64,000 nt of DNA from Candidatus Hydrogenedentota bacterium (GCA_034669905.1 JAXMOL010000035.1:19792-83791), one strand, 5' to 3'; positions 1 to 9,623 are shown, counted from the stretch's first letter. The notes: generated by a model from the letters alone, not told the origin. A program made the numbers and translations.

Positions 1-35
1 CACACGGCGGGGTCAATAGGCTTCAGGGATCCCAT
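1..35 (-). CDS. 5' end of a gene running off the window edge (MGSLKPIDPAV...), product unknown
   Basis: Minus strand AAAGGAG Shine-Dalgarno, 7 nt, then ATG at 35; frame open to the edge. Confidence 0.5.
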   Translation of the reverse strand, partial: MGSLKPIDPAV

Positions 36-126
36 CCTGCACTCCTTTGTTTCGGGGGTCTTCCCGGGGGGGACAGCGTCTCAATGACCACTTTAACACG
101 AGAACGGCCGTGGGGTTCCCGGTTTG

Positions 127-178
127 GAAGTTTGAAGGGAGAAGTTTGAATTAAGAATTTAGAATTTAGAATTGGGAA
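127..178. repeat. Degenerate heptamer tract (GAAnnnn x8)
   Basis: GAA at 127,134,141,148,155,162,169,176. Confidence 0.8.
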
Positions 179-215
179 CTTTTTCAAGTTGGCGCGGCAG
201 GCTGTCGAGCTGGGA

Positions 216-263
216 AGGGTGCCACCTTCAAAGAGGGGAGCGCAGCGAGCGGCTTTGTGGGTG
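216..263. repeat. 48-bp dispersed repeat; inverted copy at 63867-63914
   Basis: Reverse complement matches 63867-63914 at 42/48 by manual alignment. Confidence 0.8.
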
Positions 264-281
264 ATGGGATCTAACGGCAGT

Positions 282-325
282 CTGGCGGCCCGCCGGCAAA
301 TGCCCCCTATGGCGCACCGCGGCCA
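282..325. repeat. REP-like GC-rich repeat (CTGGCGGCCCGCCGGCA / CCCTATGGCGC family)
   Basis: Related copies at 7068-7093 and 9811-9840. Confidence 0.65.
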
Positions 326-354
326 TCTTGATGCCCTTAGGGACTAGGGGCCGC

Positions 355-2055
355 TTAGCGGGCGATATTAATCAGGGTGTCCAGCATGCGGTCCGTGACG
401 GTGATAATCCGGGCGGAAGCGTCGAAGGCCTTCTGGATTTCGATAAGGCTGGTGACCTCTTCATCGAGGTTTACGCCGGAAACCTCCTGCCGACGGAGCT
501 CCAGGTCTTCGACGACGGCCAGCTGTACGTTGCGCTGGTCCAGGTTGGCGCTGGCGTTGGTGCCCAGACGAACGACCGTGGATTCAAAATAGTCGTTGAT
601 GGTCTCCGTGTCGTTGGAGAGGATTTTGCGGTTTCGCAGGGAGGCCATCTCCAGTGCCAGGCTGTTGTCGCCGGTTTCAAGCACGTTGAGGCTCGAGCCC
701 GAGCTCAAGAGGGCCGCATTGTCGATAAGATGACCGCTTACACGGATATCCCGGGCACTGCTGCCGGTGAAGAGTCCGTTGAGTCCCAAGGCAGGCAGGG
801 CGCCCGCCGTGTCATTGGCAAAGGTAAAGCTATTGCCCGCGTTGGGCGTAATGGTGAGGATGCCATCCGTCACCGAGGCGCTGGCATTGGCCGAGCCGTT
901 GATGGCGGTGGCAATATCGTTGAGACTGGTGGCGGCGGCCGTCACCGGGATGGTGACCGTCTCCACCACATTGTTGGAAGCGTCATAGAGCACCAGATCG
1001 AAACTGCCATCGTTTACCGTAAAGGGCAGGTCGGCACTGTCGAGCGCCACGGACGGGTCGCTCACGGCGTTGGTGGTGGAAAGGGGAATGGCAATGTTCT
1101 CGAGCCCGTTTCCCTGGCTGTGGAGGGCATTGAGTCCTTCGATCAGGGCACTGGCCAAGGTATCGTTTCGCTCTACGAGGTCCTGCAGGATTACGTCCCG
1201 CTGGCGAAGGACCCCGGCCAGTTCGCCGTCGAAAACCTGCACTTCCAGACCACTGCCGGCAAATTGGATACGCAGGAAATCGGGCCGATCGGGGTTGATG
1301 GAGGCGTCGGGCGTCGTTTCCAGCGGATTGATGCGGTTGCCATTGACCAGCTCTTCCCCACCCAGGAGGACGTCTACCTGACCGTCATCCCGTTCCCGAT
1401 AGGCAATATCGACCAATCGGGAGAGGTCATCCAGGAGCACATCCCGGTCATCCCGCAAGTCGTTGGCCTGATTTCCCGCGGATTCGAACGTCTTAATGGC
1501 ATAGTTCAAATCTGCGATTTGCTGCGAAATAGCGTTAATTTCGGGCACGATACCGCGCACATCCTCATTGGCCGAGGTGCGGAGTTCTTCCAGGTCGGAG
1601 GCATACTCCCGGAGCGAGGTGGTGAGGGACTGGGCCTCCGTAATGGTGGCGACCCGAGTGGGGATATCTTCCACGTTATTGGCAAAGTCGTTCAAGGAAT
1701 CGAAGAAGACGTTCAGATTTTCTGAAAAGCCGTTGTCACCCGGTTCCTGAAACAAGTCTTCGATGCGAGAGAAAAAGGCCGTCTGAATATCGGCGTTCCC
1801 GAGGGAGGACACCTGATCGCGGTAAGAGATATCGAGGAATTCGTCGCGAAGGCGTTCGACACCGGAAATGAAGGGACCCCGTCCCAGGAAACCATAGCTT
1901 CGCTCGAGGGGTACGCGGGTGGCGATACTGGCCCGTTGCCGCGAAAACCCGACCTTATTGGACGAAGCGATATTGTGGCCCACCACATCCAATTGGATCT
2001 GGGCGGTGTTCAGGCCGGCTCGGCCAATATCCAGACTGCTGAATAAGGTGCCCAC
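355..2055 (-). CDS. flgK: Flagellar hook-associated protein 1
   Basis: N-term LDIGRAGLNTAQIQLDVVGHNIA...GFSRQR, NDLRDDRD, C-term SGVNLDEEVTSLIEIQKAFDASARII; start reset to GTG 2055 after AGGAG. Confidence 0.95.
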   Translation of the reverse strand: MGTLFSSLDIGRAGLNTAQIQLDVVGHNIASSNKVGFSRQRASIATRVPLERSYGFLGRGPFISGVERLRDEFLDISYRDQVSSLGNADIQTAFFSRIEDLFQEPGDNGFSENLNVFFDSLNDFANNVEDIPTRVATITEAQSLTTSLREYASDLEELRTSANEDVRGIVPEINAISQQIADLNYAIKTFESAGNQANDLRDDRDVLLDDLSRLVDIAYRERDDGQVDVLLGGEELVNGNRINPLETTPDASINPDRPDFLRIQFAGSGLEVQVFDGELAGVLRQRDVILQDLVERNDTLASALIEGLNALHSQGNGLENIAIPLSTTNAVSDPSVALDSADLPFTVNDGSFDLVLYDASNNVVETVTIPVTAAATSLNDIATAINGSANASASVTDGILTITPNAGNSFTFANDTAGALPALGLNGLFTGSSARDIRVSGHLIDNAALLSSGSSLNVLETGDNSLALEMASLRNRKILSNDTETINDYFESTVVRLGTNASANLDQRNVQLAVVEDLELRRQEVSGVNLDEEVTSLIEIQKAFDASARIITVTDRMLDTLINIAR

Positions 2056-2122
2056 GACAATCTCCTGAGTAAAGTATAGCGCAACGAGGGATATGGGATA
2101 GTAAAAGCAAGTGTTGTTCCAT

Positions 2123-2149
2123 ATATCGGCGAAATGGAAGGCCACCTGA
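2123..2149 (-). promoter_or_regulatory. Sigma28 (FliA/SigD)-type promoter for flgK
   Basis: Minus strand TCAG-N15-GCCGATAT, about 70 nt upstream of the flgK start. Confidence 0.65.
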
Positions 2150-2233
2150 ATGGGGCATTTCGTACGTACTCGATACGATATATTGTGGCCGAACAGGGAA
2201 CAATCTACCGGTAGTAGGCACAAATTTCCTGCC

Positions 2234-2261
2234 TAAAGGTGCTGCTCCGAACTGCCGATAG
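2234..2261 (+). promoter_or_regulatory. Sigma28 (FliA/SigD)-type promoter for flgM
   Basis: TAAA-N16-GCCGATAG, 53 nt before the ATG. Confidence 0.8.
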
Positions 2262-2314
2262 TAAGTGCAGTTGAAGTAATCAACGTTTAACACCAACGAA
2301 TACGGAGCAGTCTC

Positions 2315-2608
2315 ATGACCGGACTCACAGGAATCGGGAACTTGAATGAGCTGCAGGTTGCGCGGCCCCTCAAGGGCGCTCGGAACCTGTCAGCCGGAAA
2401 CGCCCCAGGCACCAAATCGGATGGGGTGCAGATTAGCGCCGCCGGACAAGAAGCCGCAGAGGTTGCCCGCTTCGTCCGCGAATCCGAGCAGGCCGACGAA
2501 ATCCGCCAGGAACGGGTGGAAGCCGCCAAGCAGCGCCTCGAACAGGGCCGCGAGCGGGTCGAAGAAGTGGTGAACATCGTGGCAGACGCCCTCGTCGGCT
2601 ATCTGTAG
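2315..2608 (+). CDS. flgM: Anti-sigma28 factor FlgM family protein
   Basis: 97 aa, DGVQIS motif then IRQERVEAAKQRLEQG; GGAG RBS; sigma28 promoter; next to flgK. Confidence 0.75.
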   Translation: MTGLTGIGNLNELQVARPLKGARNLSAGNAPGTKSDGVQISAAGQEAAEVARFVRESEQADEIRQERVEAAKQRLEQGRERVEEVVNIVADALVGYL

Positions 2609-2793
2609 ACGACCACAGGCGATACATCGAATTGCAGGCGCCCCCGGATAGATGTCCGAGGGCGCGTTTTCGTGTTTGGGGGCGTTCGGGGAGGGGGACG
2701 GCCAAGAGAATCATTGAATCAAGGACGGATGGGGCAGATCCCGGGCCCGTGTCGGCGCGCATGATAGCGTGCCAACCAGAAAGAACGGGTCTT

Positions 2794-5229
2794 CTATCGG
2801 TATCGAAAGCCAAAGACGTTGCCCGCAAAGTTGGACACGACCACATGATGACCGACCTGCACCGGGGAAGCCTTGATGGGCGTGCCGGTATTGTATTCCC
2901 ACACTTTTTCCCCGCTCGCCAGCGACAGCCAATAAACATAGCCATCGTCACCACCAAGCACGACGTGATCGCCGACAATCAGCGGCGTGGAACCGTTGCG
3001 CAACTCCTGACTGGGGCCGAGGGTAGTATCGTTCACTGCACGGGTGCCAAAGGTCCACTGTCGCTCGCCCGTCTGTCGGTCAAAGCACAGAATCTGTCCG
3101 CCGTTGGTGACCAATACGTGGGAGTCCGCTATGACCGGAGTGCCGACGTAGTTCAAAGAGCCGCCGCTTGGCGCGGACCACCATTGCTCTCCCGTTACGG
3201 GGTCCAACTTGCGCAGGCGGCTCCGGTGGTGCACATAGACACCGTCGTCCATCGCGACGGGCGCCGTCGTTCCCCGCTCTCGGGCCACGGGATCGGGATA
3301 GTCCTTCAGCGCCTTGCTCCAGAGTACGGCACCGGATTCCTGATTCAGGGCAACCACCTTATATTCGTCTTCGAAGTATACCCGGCCCTCCCGTGGCGCA
3401 AGTCCCGCCAGGGGGTAGGGCACCCGGTTTAAGTCGTTATAGTTGGTCCAGCGCTTGGAGCCGTCCGTTGTTGAGAGGGCCGCAAGCACATGAGAGCCCG
3501 CCGCGAAGAGCGTGTCGTCCGCCAAGGTCAGCGGGGCGAGAAAGGTGCGCCAGTAGTAGCGCTGTTCCTCGTGAAAGGGGGTATCGGCATACGCGTCGGC
3601 CTGCCAGCGAATCCCGCCGTCGGCAACGTTGAGGGCGTGGATGCCCCCCTGACCGTCCACCGCGAAGAGGGTCGTCCCATCACTACACATTGCCGCGTTG
3701 ATGCTTCGGGGTAGCCGGGTGCGCCACACCACCGCGCCTGTCGCGCCATCCAGGCACACGACGCCCGCCTGCGTTGCGCCGACCTGTCCGTCGCTGATAC
3801 CGAAATAGACCTTGTTGCCAATCGTCAGCGGGGTCGTTCGATGGGGTTGGTCGGCCTCCATGGAAACAATCCAGTCTAATGCCATGGTGGAAGAAGCGGT
3901 TTCCTCACGGCTGACGGCAAAAGTTGCTCCGGCGGTCCACGTGCTGTCGTTGTTTACCACGACGTCCACCGCATAGTTCCCCGGTTTCAACCCGGCGTCC
4001 AACCGCCCGTGCCAGGTCCAGTCGTCCACTTTCGCCAGGGTAACGCTGTCCGTCTCCTGGTTATCGGGGTTAAATATCATGGCGTGCACGGCCTTCGCTT
4101 CCATCGCCGTGTCATAAACCAAGGCCCGCACTTCAAGACCCGCATTCGATACGGTGCCGGTTGGCTGGAGCACTACAGCGCGCTTCTCTTGTTCCAGCAC
4201 CCGTGACTGGGAAGAAAGTTTTCCCTGGGCAACGGTCATCACCCGGGTGCGCTTCGTGAAGGCACCCCAGTCCGAAGGACGCATAGGGCTGCTGACCACA
4301 AAGGGTACGCCATCGACGTCAAAGTTGTGGTGGGTGTGCCAATGTCCGAAGAGAAAGGCCACAACGTTGTGCGCATCCACCGCCGTGCGGATTTCTGCAC
4401 TAATCTGGTCCGGCGTGTGTGCCAGGAGCACGATGGGCGTCCCCGCCGGCAGATCCGCCATGTCCCGCTTCCACCACCCCATCTGCCGTTCGTTCTCGGC
4501 TTCGGAGAGGTAGCCCTCCGATACGAGGGCGATAAAATGGACGCCGCCATAGTTCCAGGCGTAGGCGTAGGGACCGAAGGCATCCACCCAGTTCCCCATT
4601 TTGGGCCGTTCCATTTCCACGAGGGCATCATGGCCGCCGAAGATGCGATACACTGGCCGCTTCAGGGCGTCGAATTGCTCGTTGAAGAACTGCAAGTCAT
4701 CCGGCGCGCCGTGGGTCGTAATGTCGCCACAGATAGCGTAGAAGGCTACGTCGTGGTGCTCCGCCCAACTTTCCATGGCCGCCAGGTCGCCGCTGATCTG
4801 CGCCACAGCGTCTCGTGGATTGCCAAACTGAAAGTCGGCAGTATGATAGAAGGAGAAGGTGTCTTTTGCGCTCCGTGGGTCCTCGGCCAAGCCAAAATCC
4901 ACCGTGTTGCTCGCCACGGAAACCGGGTGGAAGAAATCGTTCGTCGGCATGTATCCGTTGGGATTGATGACGAAGACCGTGTTGGGGATGTTCGTCGTCG
5001 TTTCCAGGGCGTAGCGGCCTTCCGTGTCGGTGCGTACGATCTTGTCGCCATCGGAAACCTGCACATTGGGGATGCCTGGTTCATCCGTTTCTCGCTGGCC
5101 GTTGTGGTTGCGGTCGTCAAACACGGTGCCGCTGATGGTGACATCGGCCATGGCGGTGCCTGCAAGAAAGAGGCAGGCGGTTGTTACCCCGCCCAATAGG
5201 GCCCGCGTGTGTCTGGCGATATTTTGCAT
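2794..5229 (-). CDS. Secreted calcineurin-like metallophosphoesterase fused to a C-terminal PQQ/BamB-like beta-propeller
   Basis: Signal peptide; SGTVFDDRNHNG..GIPNVQVSDG N-domain; ADFQ, GD, GGHD, AH, GHWH motifs; repeated LD..TG...W blades. Confidence 0.85.
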   Translation of the reverse strand: MQNIARHTRALLGGVTTACLFLAGTAMADVTISGTVFDDRNHNGQRETDEPGIPNVQVSDGDKIVRTDTEGRYALETTTNIPNTVFVINPNGYMPTNDFFHPVSVASNTVDFGLAEDPRSAKDTFSFYHTADFQFGNPRDAVAQISGDLAAMESWAEHHDVAFYAICGDITTHGAPDDLQFFNEQFDALKRPVYRIFGGHDALVEMERPKMGNWVDAFGPYAYAWNYGGVHFIALVSEGYLSEAENERQMGWWKRDMADLPAGTPIVLLAHTPDQISAEIRTAVDAHNVVAFLFGHWHTHHNFDVDGVPFVVSSPMRPSDWGAFTKRTRVMTVAQGKLSSQSRVLEQEKRAVVLQPTGTVSNAGLEVRALVYDTAMEAKAVHAMIFNPDNQETDSVTLAKVDDWTWHGRLDAGLKPGNYAVDVVVNNDSTWTAGATFAVSREETASSTMALDWIVSMEADQPHRTTPLTIGNKVYFGISDGQVGATQAGVVCLDGATGAVVWRTRLPRSINAAMCSDGTTLFAVDGQGGIHALNVADGGIRWQADAYADTPFHEEQRYYWRTFLAPLTLADDTLFAAGSHVLAALSTTDGSKRWTNYNDLNRVPYPLAGLAPREGRVYFEDEYKVVALNQESGAVLWSKALKDYPDPVARERGTTAPVAMDDGVYVHHRSRLRKLDPVTGEQWWSAPSGGSLNYVGTPVIADSHVLVTNGGQILCFDRQTGERQWTFGTRAVNDTTLGPSQELRNGSTPLIVGDHVVLGGDDGYVYWLSLASGEKVWEYNTGTPIKASPVQVGHHVVVSNFAGNVFGFRYR

Positions 5230-5315
5230 GATTTGGGGAACTCCGTTTCAGGGGACTTCGTACCTTCTGGAAGAGGACGTGATGTCCCTCAAAGGACTTT
5301 CGGACACTATTGAAA

Positions 5316-5344
5316 ACGATACGGTATCGTATCGGGCGATACAA
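5316..5344 (-). promoter_or_regulatory. Sigma70-like promoter overlapped by two CGATAC/GTATCG palindromes (putative operator)
   Basis: Minus strand TTGTAT-N17-TATCGT; palindromes ACGATAC-G-GTATCGT (5316-5330) and GTATCG-GG-CGATAC (5329-5342). Confidence 0.55.
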
Positions 5345-5523
5345 GGTTTTTGTCTTCAACGATGTTGAGATGCCAAGCACCTTAACGTCGGAAAGGTGTC
5401 TTTGAAATTTGGCTGAAACGGTGTACCCGTTGCCTGCCCCACTGCGGAGCCCCTCAAGGTCGCGCAGAAACAACAATGGCGCCGAGGTCACGGGGACCTT
5501 GGCGCCATTGGATGCTGTACTGT

Positions 5524-6795
5524 TTAGGCCATTTTGGGGCCGGGGTTGGGCACTTCGCCGACGGGGTATTTCTCGTCGAAGGAGATGACCTCGGGCACGA
5601 TGCTGAGATCGGAGTTGAGGGCCTCGTCCCAGGTGAGCTCCATGCCGGTGTAGGCGGACATGCGGCCCATGATGGCGGTCATGGTGCTTTCGGCACAACG
5701 GACGCCTTCATTGATGTAGGGGGCGTCACCGCGTACAGCGGCGAGGAGGTTCATGTGTTCCTGGACGTAGGGGTTAATGTCGTCTTTGCCCATGTCCCGG
5801 CAGGAGCTGGAGCCCTTGGTGCCGATGACGTGTTCCGAGACGCGCTGGGTGCATTCGCGGGCCCAGTGACGGCACATGCTGGTCATGTGGACGCCGTTGG
5901 GGTAGACGAAGTCGCAGGAGAAGTGATCCCAGAGATCGCCGTAGACTTCGGGATCTTTCTCCAGGTGTTTCCATACGCGACCGCCAGAGGCGTAGACCGA
6001 CGCGGGCGGTCCGCCCATGACCCAGTTGATGATGTCGATGTTGTGGATGTGCTGTTCCACAATGTTGTCGCCCATGACCCAGCAGTGGGCATACCAGTTC
6101 CGAAGACGATTCTCCAGATCCGACTGGCCGGGTTCGCGCTTGCGGGTGAAGGGCAGGGTACCGTTCCAGTAGGCCTGGGCGGAGAGCACTTCACCAATGG
6201 CGCCATCCTGAATCTTCTTGATGGTGTCCACATAGGATTTCTGGTGACGGCGCTGGGTACCGGTGACGATGCAGAGCTTTTTCTCTTCGGCCTTCTTGGA
6301 AGCCGCGATGAACTGACGGATACCGACAGGGTCGACGGCGACGGGCTTCTCGGTGAAGATGTGCTTGCCAGCTTCCACGATGGCTTCGATGTGTTTCGGC
6401 CGGATGTAGGGCGTGGTGGCGTGGATGATGATGTCCACGTCGGTCTTGAGGATTTCCTTGTAGGAATCCACGCCGACGAACTGCATCTCGGGGCTCACGT
6501 CGCACTGGGACTTCACCTGGGGGTTGCCGTGCTCGCTGATCTTCTTCAGGGAAGCGGCCAACTGGTAGTCCAGGATGTCGGCCATGGCGACGAGCTTGAC
6601 GTTGGTGTTGCCTTCGAGGCAGTTGATGGCGGCCCCGGTGCCGCGACCACCACAACCGATGAGACCGACTTTGATGGTCTCACCGTTCGTCGCGGCCACG
6701 CCGGATTTCGAGCTGAGGATGGCGGCGCTGGTGGCCACTGCCGTGGCTTTCGCGAAGTTACGGCGGGATACGCCCGCGTTTGGTTGATCTGACAT
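5524..6795 (-). CDS. Tat-exported Gfo/Idh/MocA family oxidoreductase
   Basis: SRRNFAK twin-arginine signal, GLIGCGGRG Rossmann motif, EKP, EQHIHNID; ATG 6795 after AGGAGAGG. Confidence 0.92.
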   Translation of the reverse strand: MSDQPNAGVSRRNFAKATAVATSAAILSSKSGVAATNGETIKVGLIGCGGRGTGAAINCLEGNTNVKLVAMADILDYQLAASLKKISEHGNPQVKSQCDVSPEMQFVGVDSYKEILKTDVDIIIHATTPYIRPKHIEAIVEAGKHIFTEKPVAVDPVGIRQFIAASKKAEEKKLCIVTGTQRRHQKSYVDTIKKIQDGAIGEVLSAQAYWNGTLPFTRKREPGQSDLENRLRNWYAHCWVMGDNIVEQHIHNIDIINWVMGGPPASVYASGGRVWKHLEKDPEVYGDLWDHFSCDFVYPNGVHMTSMCRHWARECTQRVSEHVIGTKGSSSCRDMGKDDINPYVQEHMNLLAAVRGDAPYINEGVRCAESTMTAIMGRMSAYTGMELTWDEALNSDLSIVPEVISFDEKYPVGEVPNPGPKMA

Positions 6796-6966
6796 TCGTC
6801 CTCTCCTGTTCTTGGGTCGTGTACTAATGGAAGGGCGCCCGACAAAGGCATGACCTTCATTCCAAATCCGTCTCACCCGGTGTACGGTGGGTGACGGTGC
6901 GTCTCCGTGGTCCGGAGCTCGTGCACGGGTAGGTGCCTGGATATCCGGCGGGATACAGCCGGGACC

Positions 6967-6994
6967 AGCATAGCATATTTTCTTCGAAAATCAA
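6967..6994 (-). promoter_or_regulatory. Sigma70-like promoter for the oxidoreductase
   Basis: Minus strand TTGATT-N16-TATGCT with extended -10 TG. Confidence 0.45.
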
Positions 6995-7004
6995 TGTTGG
7001 TAAT

Positions 7005-7042
7005 GAAGGGCGAAGTTTGAAGGGTGAAAGGTGAAGTGTGAA
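7005..7042. repeat. Degenerate heptamer tract (GAAnnnn x6)
   Basis: GAA at 7005,7012,7019,7026,7033,7040. Confidence 0.75.
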
Positions 7043-7067
7043 TTGAATTGGAATCGGGGATCGGCCT

Positions 7068-7093
7068 TATGGAGCGCTGGCGGCCCGCCGGCA
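7068..7093. repeat. REP-like repeat TATGGAGCGCTGGCGGCCCGCCGGCA
   Basis: Shares 17 bp exactly with 282-298; similar to 9818-9840. Confidence 0.7.
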
Positions 7094-7199
7094 TATTTCT
7101 TGTCCCCCCCCCCACAAGCTGCCCCCACTTCGCTACGCTGCTTGCGGGTACACGACGCGCCGCAGGCGGGTGGCTCTCTGTCATCTCTGTTTTCCCAAG

Positions 7200-7237
7200 A
7201 AAAAACCGGAACCCTGCTCGGTGCAGGATTCCGGTTT
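7200..7237 (-). terminator. Intrinsic terminator of the acylase gene
   Basis: Hairpin AAACCGGAATCCTGC/GCAGGGTTCCGGTTT ending in a T run on the minus strand, 30 nt after the stop. Confidence 0.8.
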
Positions 7238-7266
7238 GGCCGTGCCGATTAGTTAGGCGGTAAGAC

Positions 7267-9399
7267 TCAGGCCCCGTTGGTTTTCAGGGTCAGCTGGGAG
7301 ATGACATTCTTCATCAGGGCGTCCTTGGTGCGGTAGACGGGTTTGAACTTACGCTCCGAAAAGAGTTCCTCGCCCTGGTCCATATAGTGGGGCGACTTCG
7401 GATCGCTGCTCTGTCCCCAGGGGATGCAGCTATAGGATTCGATGCCGTCTTTGTGCATGAACATGAGCAGCATGGCCATCGAGCCCTTGTGGGCCACATA
7501 TTCGCCCGAGCCCTTTTCCGTTTCCTTGACGCCGAGGCTCAGCAAGGTGCGGAGCCGTTCGTCCCCTTCCCCTTCGCCATAGTCCACACCGGAAGTCGGA
7601 AAGAGCTGGTCTCCCCGACCGACCTTCATGATTTCGCCCCAGGCCTTTTCGGTGGTGCCATAGAGGGCGGTCATGGTTTCCCGGGCCTTTTCCAGTGCCT
7701 TCACCAGGGCGAAGTACTCTTCCACCGTGAGGGAAAGGCCCTTGTTAACCTTGGACGGGTCCACGACCTTGAAGGCCTCCAGGCGGAAGTAGCGCATGAG
7801 CGTGGCGGCCGTGCTGTCCTTGTGGTAGCGGCCGTCCCACGCGAGGAGGCGGTCCATGTCGGCCTTGAACGCGGCTTCCTGCAACTGTTGGGTCGCCGGG
7901 CCCAGGCACATCTTGCGGAGAGCTTCGAGCCAGTGCGCGGCATAGGGGTCGGTGATGTCGAAGGCCAGGTCGATGGCTTCTTCTTTGGTCAGGCTGTCGT
8001 CGGTGGCGAGTACCTGGAGGGCCCGATCGCCCCGGCTGTTCTTCAGGTCCCACTGCACGTGGTAGATGTAGTCGGGATATTTCTCCGGCTGGAGGGGGGA
8101 ATCTTCCATCATGTAGGCCGGGCTGATATTGCAATTTTGCATGTAGCCCTGGGCCGGATTCTTAATCTGCACGAGGTCTTCGGCCGGGTGGATGCCGAGC
8201 CATTTGGTCTTGGACGTATTCCCGGGAACAGGCGAATTCCAATCCCAACCCTCGGGGCGGATGGGCGTGCGGCCCGTGCGGATGTAGGCAATATTGCCAT
8301 CCCGGTCGGCCGACATGAGGTTCTGTTCCATGTACTGGTTCATGGCGAGGGCGTCCATGAGTTCATGAACGTTCTTTGCCTGAAGGGCCTTGTAGCTCTG
8401 CTCCAGAAGGGCCATCTGGTCCAGGTACGGCGTGGCGCCCACCAGGATGGTTTGCTTCTCGAGATCGGGCTGGGAGAAGGCCGGTCCCAGGTGGGTGGTG
8501 TAGGTGGGCATGGTGATGGGGTCGCCGTCTTTGACCGGGATGCTGACCTGTCCCACCGTGGCGTCCATCCATTCGCCGTCGTATTCATACTGCATGGGGT
8601 TGTCGGGATTGAGCTTCATGGCGTAGACGTCGGCCGTGTCTGGTCCACCGGTGGTGGGTGCCCAGCCGAAGTGTTTGGTATGGCCGTAGCCCAGCATATA
8701 GGTGCCCACAAGGAAATAGCCGTGCTGCTCGGTGAGGACATCGCCATAGACGTTGGCCTCATAGAAGACCGACATGCCCTGCCAGGTGAGGTGGGGGTCG
8801 GTCAGCAGGATGGCACAATTCTCCGCGCTGCGCTGGGGCGATACGGCCCATTCGTTCGAACCCCAGCCCAGGGTATTGCCGTCCTGGCTCATTTCGTCCC
8901 GGATGGCGCCCAGGGGCCAATTGAGGATCATGGCGCGCATGATGGCCAGGGAATGCCAGGGCTTCAGTTCCAGCGCAAAGGGCGAGGTCTTGTTGTGGTC
9001 CTTTTCATAGGCCTGGACCCCCCGGACGAAGCCATCCCCCATTTTCTGGAGGGCTTCCGGCGCGTTGGGCCAATAGGCTTCGGAGCGCGTGGCATTGCCC
9101 ACCATCTGCATGACGTAGTCCGATTGGACGTAGTCTTTGCCCAGCACTTCGGACATGCGGCCGATCGCGGTGCGGACGTTGAGATAGATGTCGTCATGGC
9201 GATCTGCCGCCTGGGCGTAGCCGAGGCCATAGGCCGCATCGGCATCGGTGCCACCGTAGATATAGGGCACGCTGTAGGTGTCCCGGTAGATCTTTACCGA
9301 GCCGGGTTGCTCTTGTCCTTGGGCGACCTCCGGTGCGAGGATGCCCAGCCCCACGACGAGTCCCGCAAGGGTAACTGCGGATATGCCGTGTTTCAACAT
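7267..9399 (-). CDS. Penicillin/AHL/GL-7-ACA acylase family Ntn hydrolase, secreted
   Basis: Signal peptide, IYRDTYSVPYIYG, YGLGYAQAADR, GSNEWAV nucleophile site, DPHLTW, QNCN. Confidence 0.92.
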   Translation of the reverse strand: MLKHGISAVTLAGLVVGLGILAPEVAQGQEQPGSVKIYRDTYSVPYIYGGTDADAAYGLGYAQAADRHDDIYLNVRTAIGRMSEVLGKDYVQSDYVMQMVGNATRSEAYWPNAPEALQKMGDGFVRGVQAYEKDHNKTSPFALELKPWHSLAIMRAMILNWPLGAIRDEMSQDGNTLGWGSNEWAVSPQRSAENCAILLTDPHLTWQGMSVFYEANVYGDVLTEQHGYFLVGTYMLGYGHTKHFGWAPTTGGPDTADVYAMKLNPDNPMQYEYDGEWMDATVGQVSIPVKDGDPITMPTYTTHLGPAFSQPDLEKQTILVGATPYLDQMALLEQSYKALQAKNVHELMDALAMNQYMEQNLMSADRDGNIAYIRTGRTPIRPEGWDWNSPVPGNTSKTKWLGIHPAEDLVQIKNPAQGYMQNCNISPAYMMEDSPLQPEKYPDYIYHVQWDLKNSRGDRALQVLATDDSLTKEEAIDLAFDITDPYAAHWLEALRKMCLGPATQQLQEAAFKADMDRLLAWDGRYHKDSTAATLMRYFRLEAFKVVDPSKVNKGLSLTVEEYFALVKALEKARETMTALYGTTEKAWGEIMKVGRGDQLFPTSGVDYGEGEGDERLRTLLSLGVKETEKGSGEYVAHKGSMAMLLMFMHKDGIESYSCIPWGQSSDPKSPHYMDQGEELFSERKFKPVYRTKDALMKNVISQLTLKTNGA

Positions 9400-9457
9400 G
9401 ATACTTCTCCTGTTGTTTAGGTGTTGTGTAGCAGGCCTGGTGTGGTGCCTGAGAATT

Positions 9458-9488
9458 GAAAAGGGAATTTAGAAGTTAGAATAGTGAA
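9458..9488. repeat. Degenerate heptamer tract (GAAnnnn x5)
   Basis: GAA at 9458,9465,9472,9479,9486. Confidence 0.7.
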
Positions 9489-9602
9489 TTCTCTAGATTG
9501 GCCCTTTGGAATTGGCGAAATCAAGGATTTCCTCAGGGATTGATTCAAGCAGACGGAATAGTAACTCTACGGTGAGGGCGTCGATAGATATCCGATAGAA
9601 CG

Positions 9603-9623
9603 CCCCTCCCGGGAGGGGAATTG
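9603..9623. repeat. REP-like palindrome CCCCTCCCGGGAGGGG(AATTG)
   Basis: Perfect 16-bp palindrome; both halves recur at 51792 and about 51857. Confidence 0.6.

Noticed and set aside
2056..2223. N-terminal extension of FlgK in the ORF track
   Set aside because: FlgK similarity starts at GTG 2055 with an RBS; the extension overlaps the promoter region
6796..6960. Riboswitch in the long leader of the Gfo/Idh/MocA gene
   Set aside because: One hairpin is visible but no recognisable aptamer consensus or expression platform
7267..9399. Specific call as quorum-quenching or beta-lactam acylase
   Set aside because: Substrate cannot be read from the motifs; kept at family level
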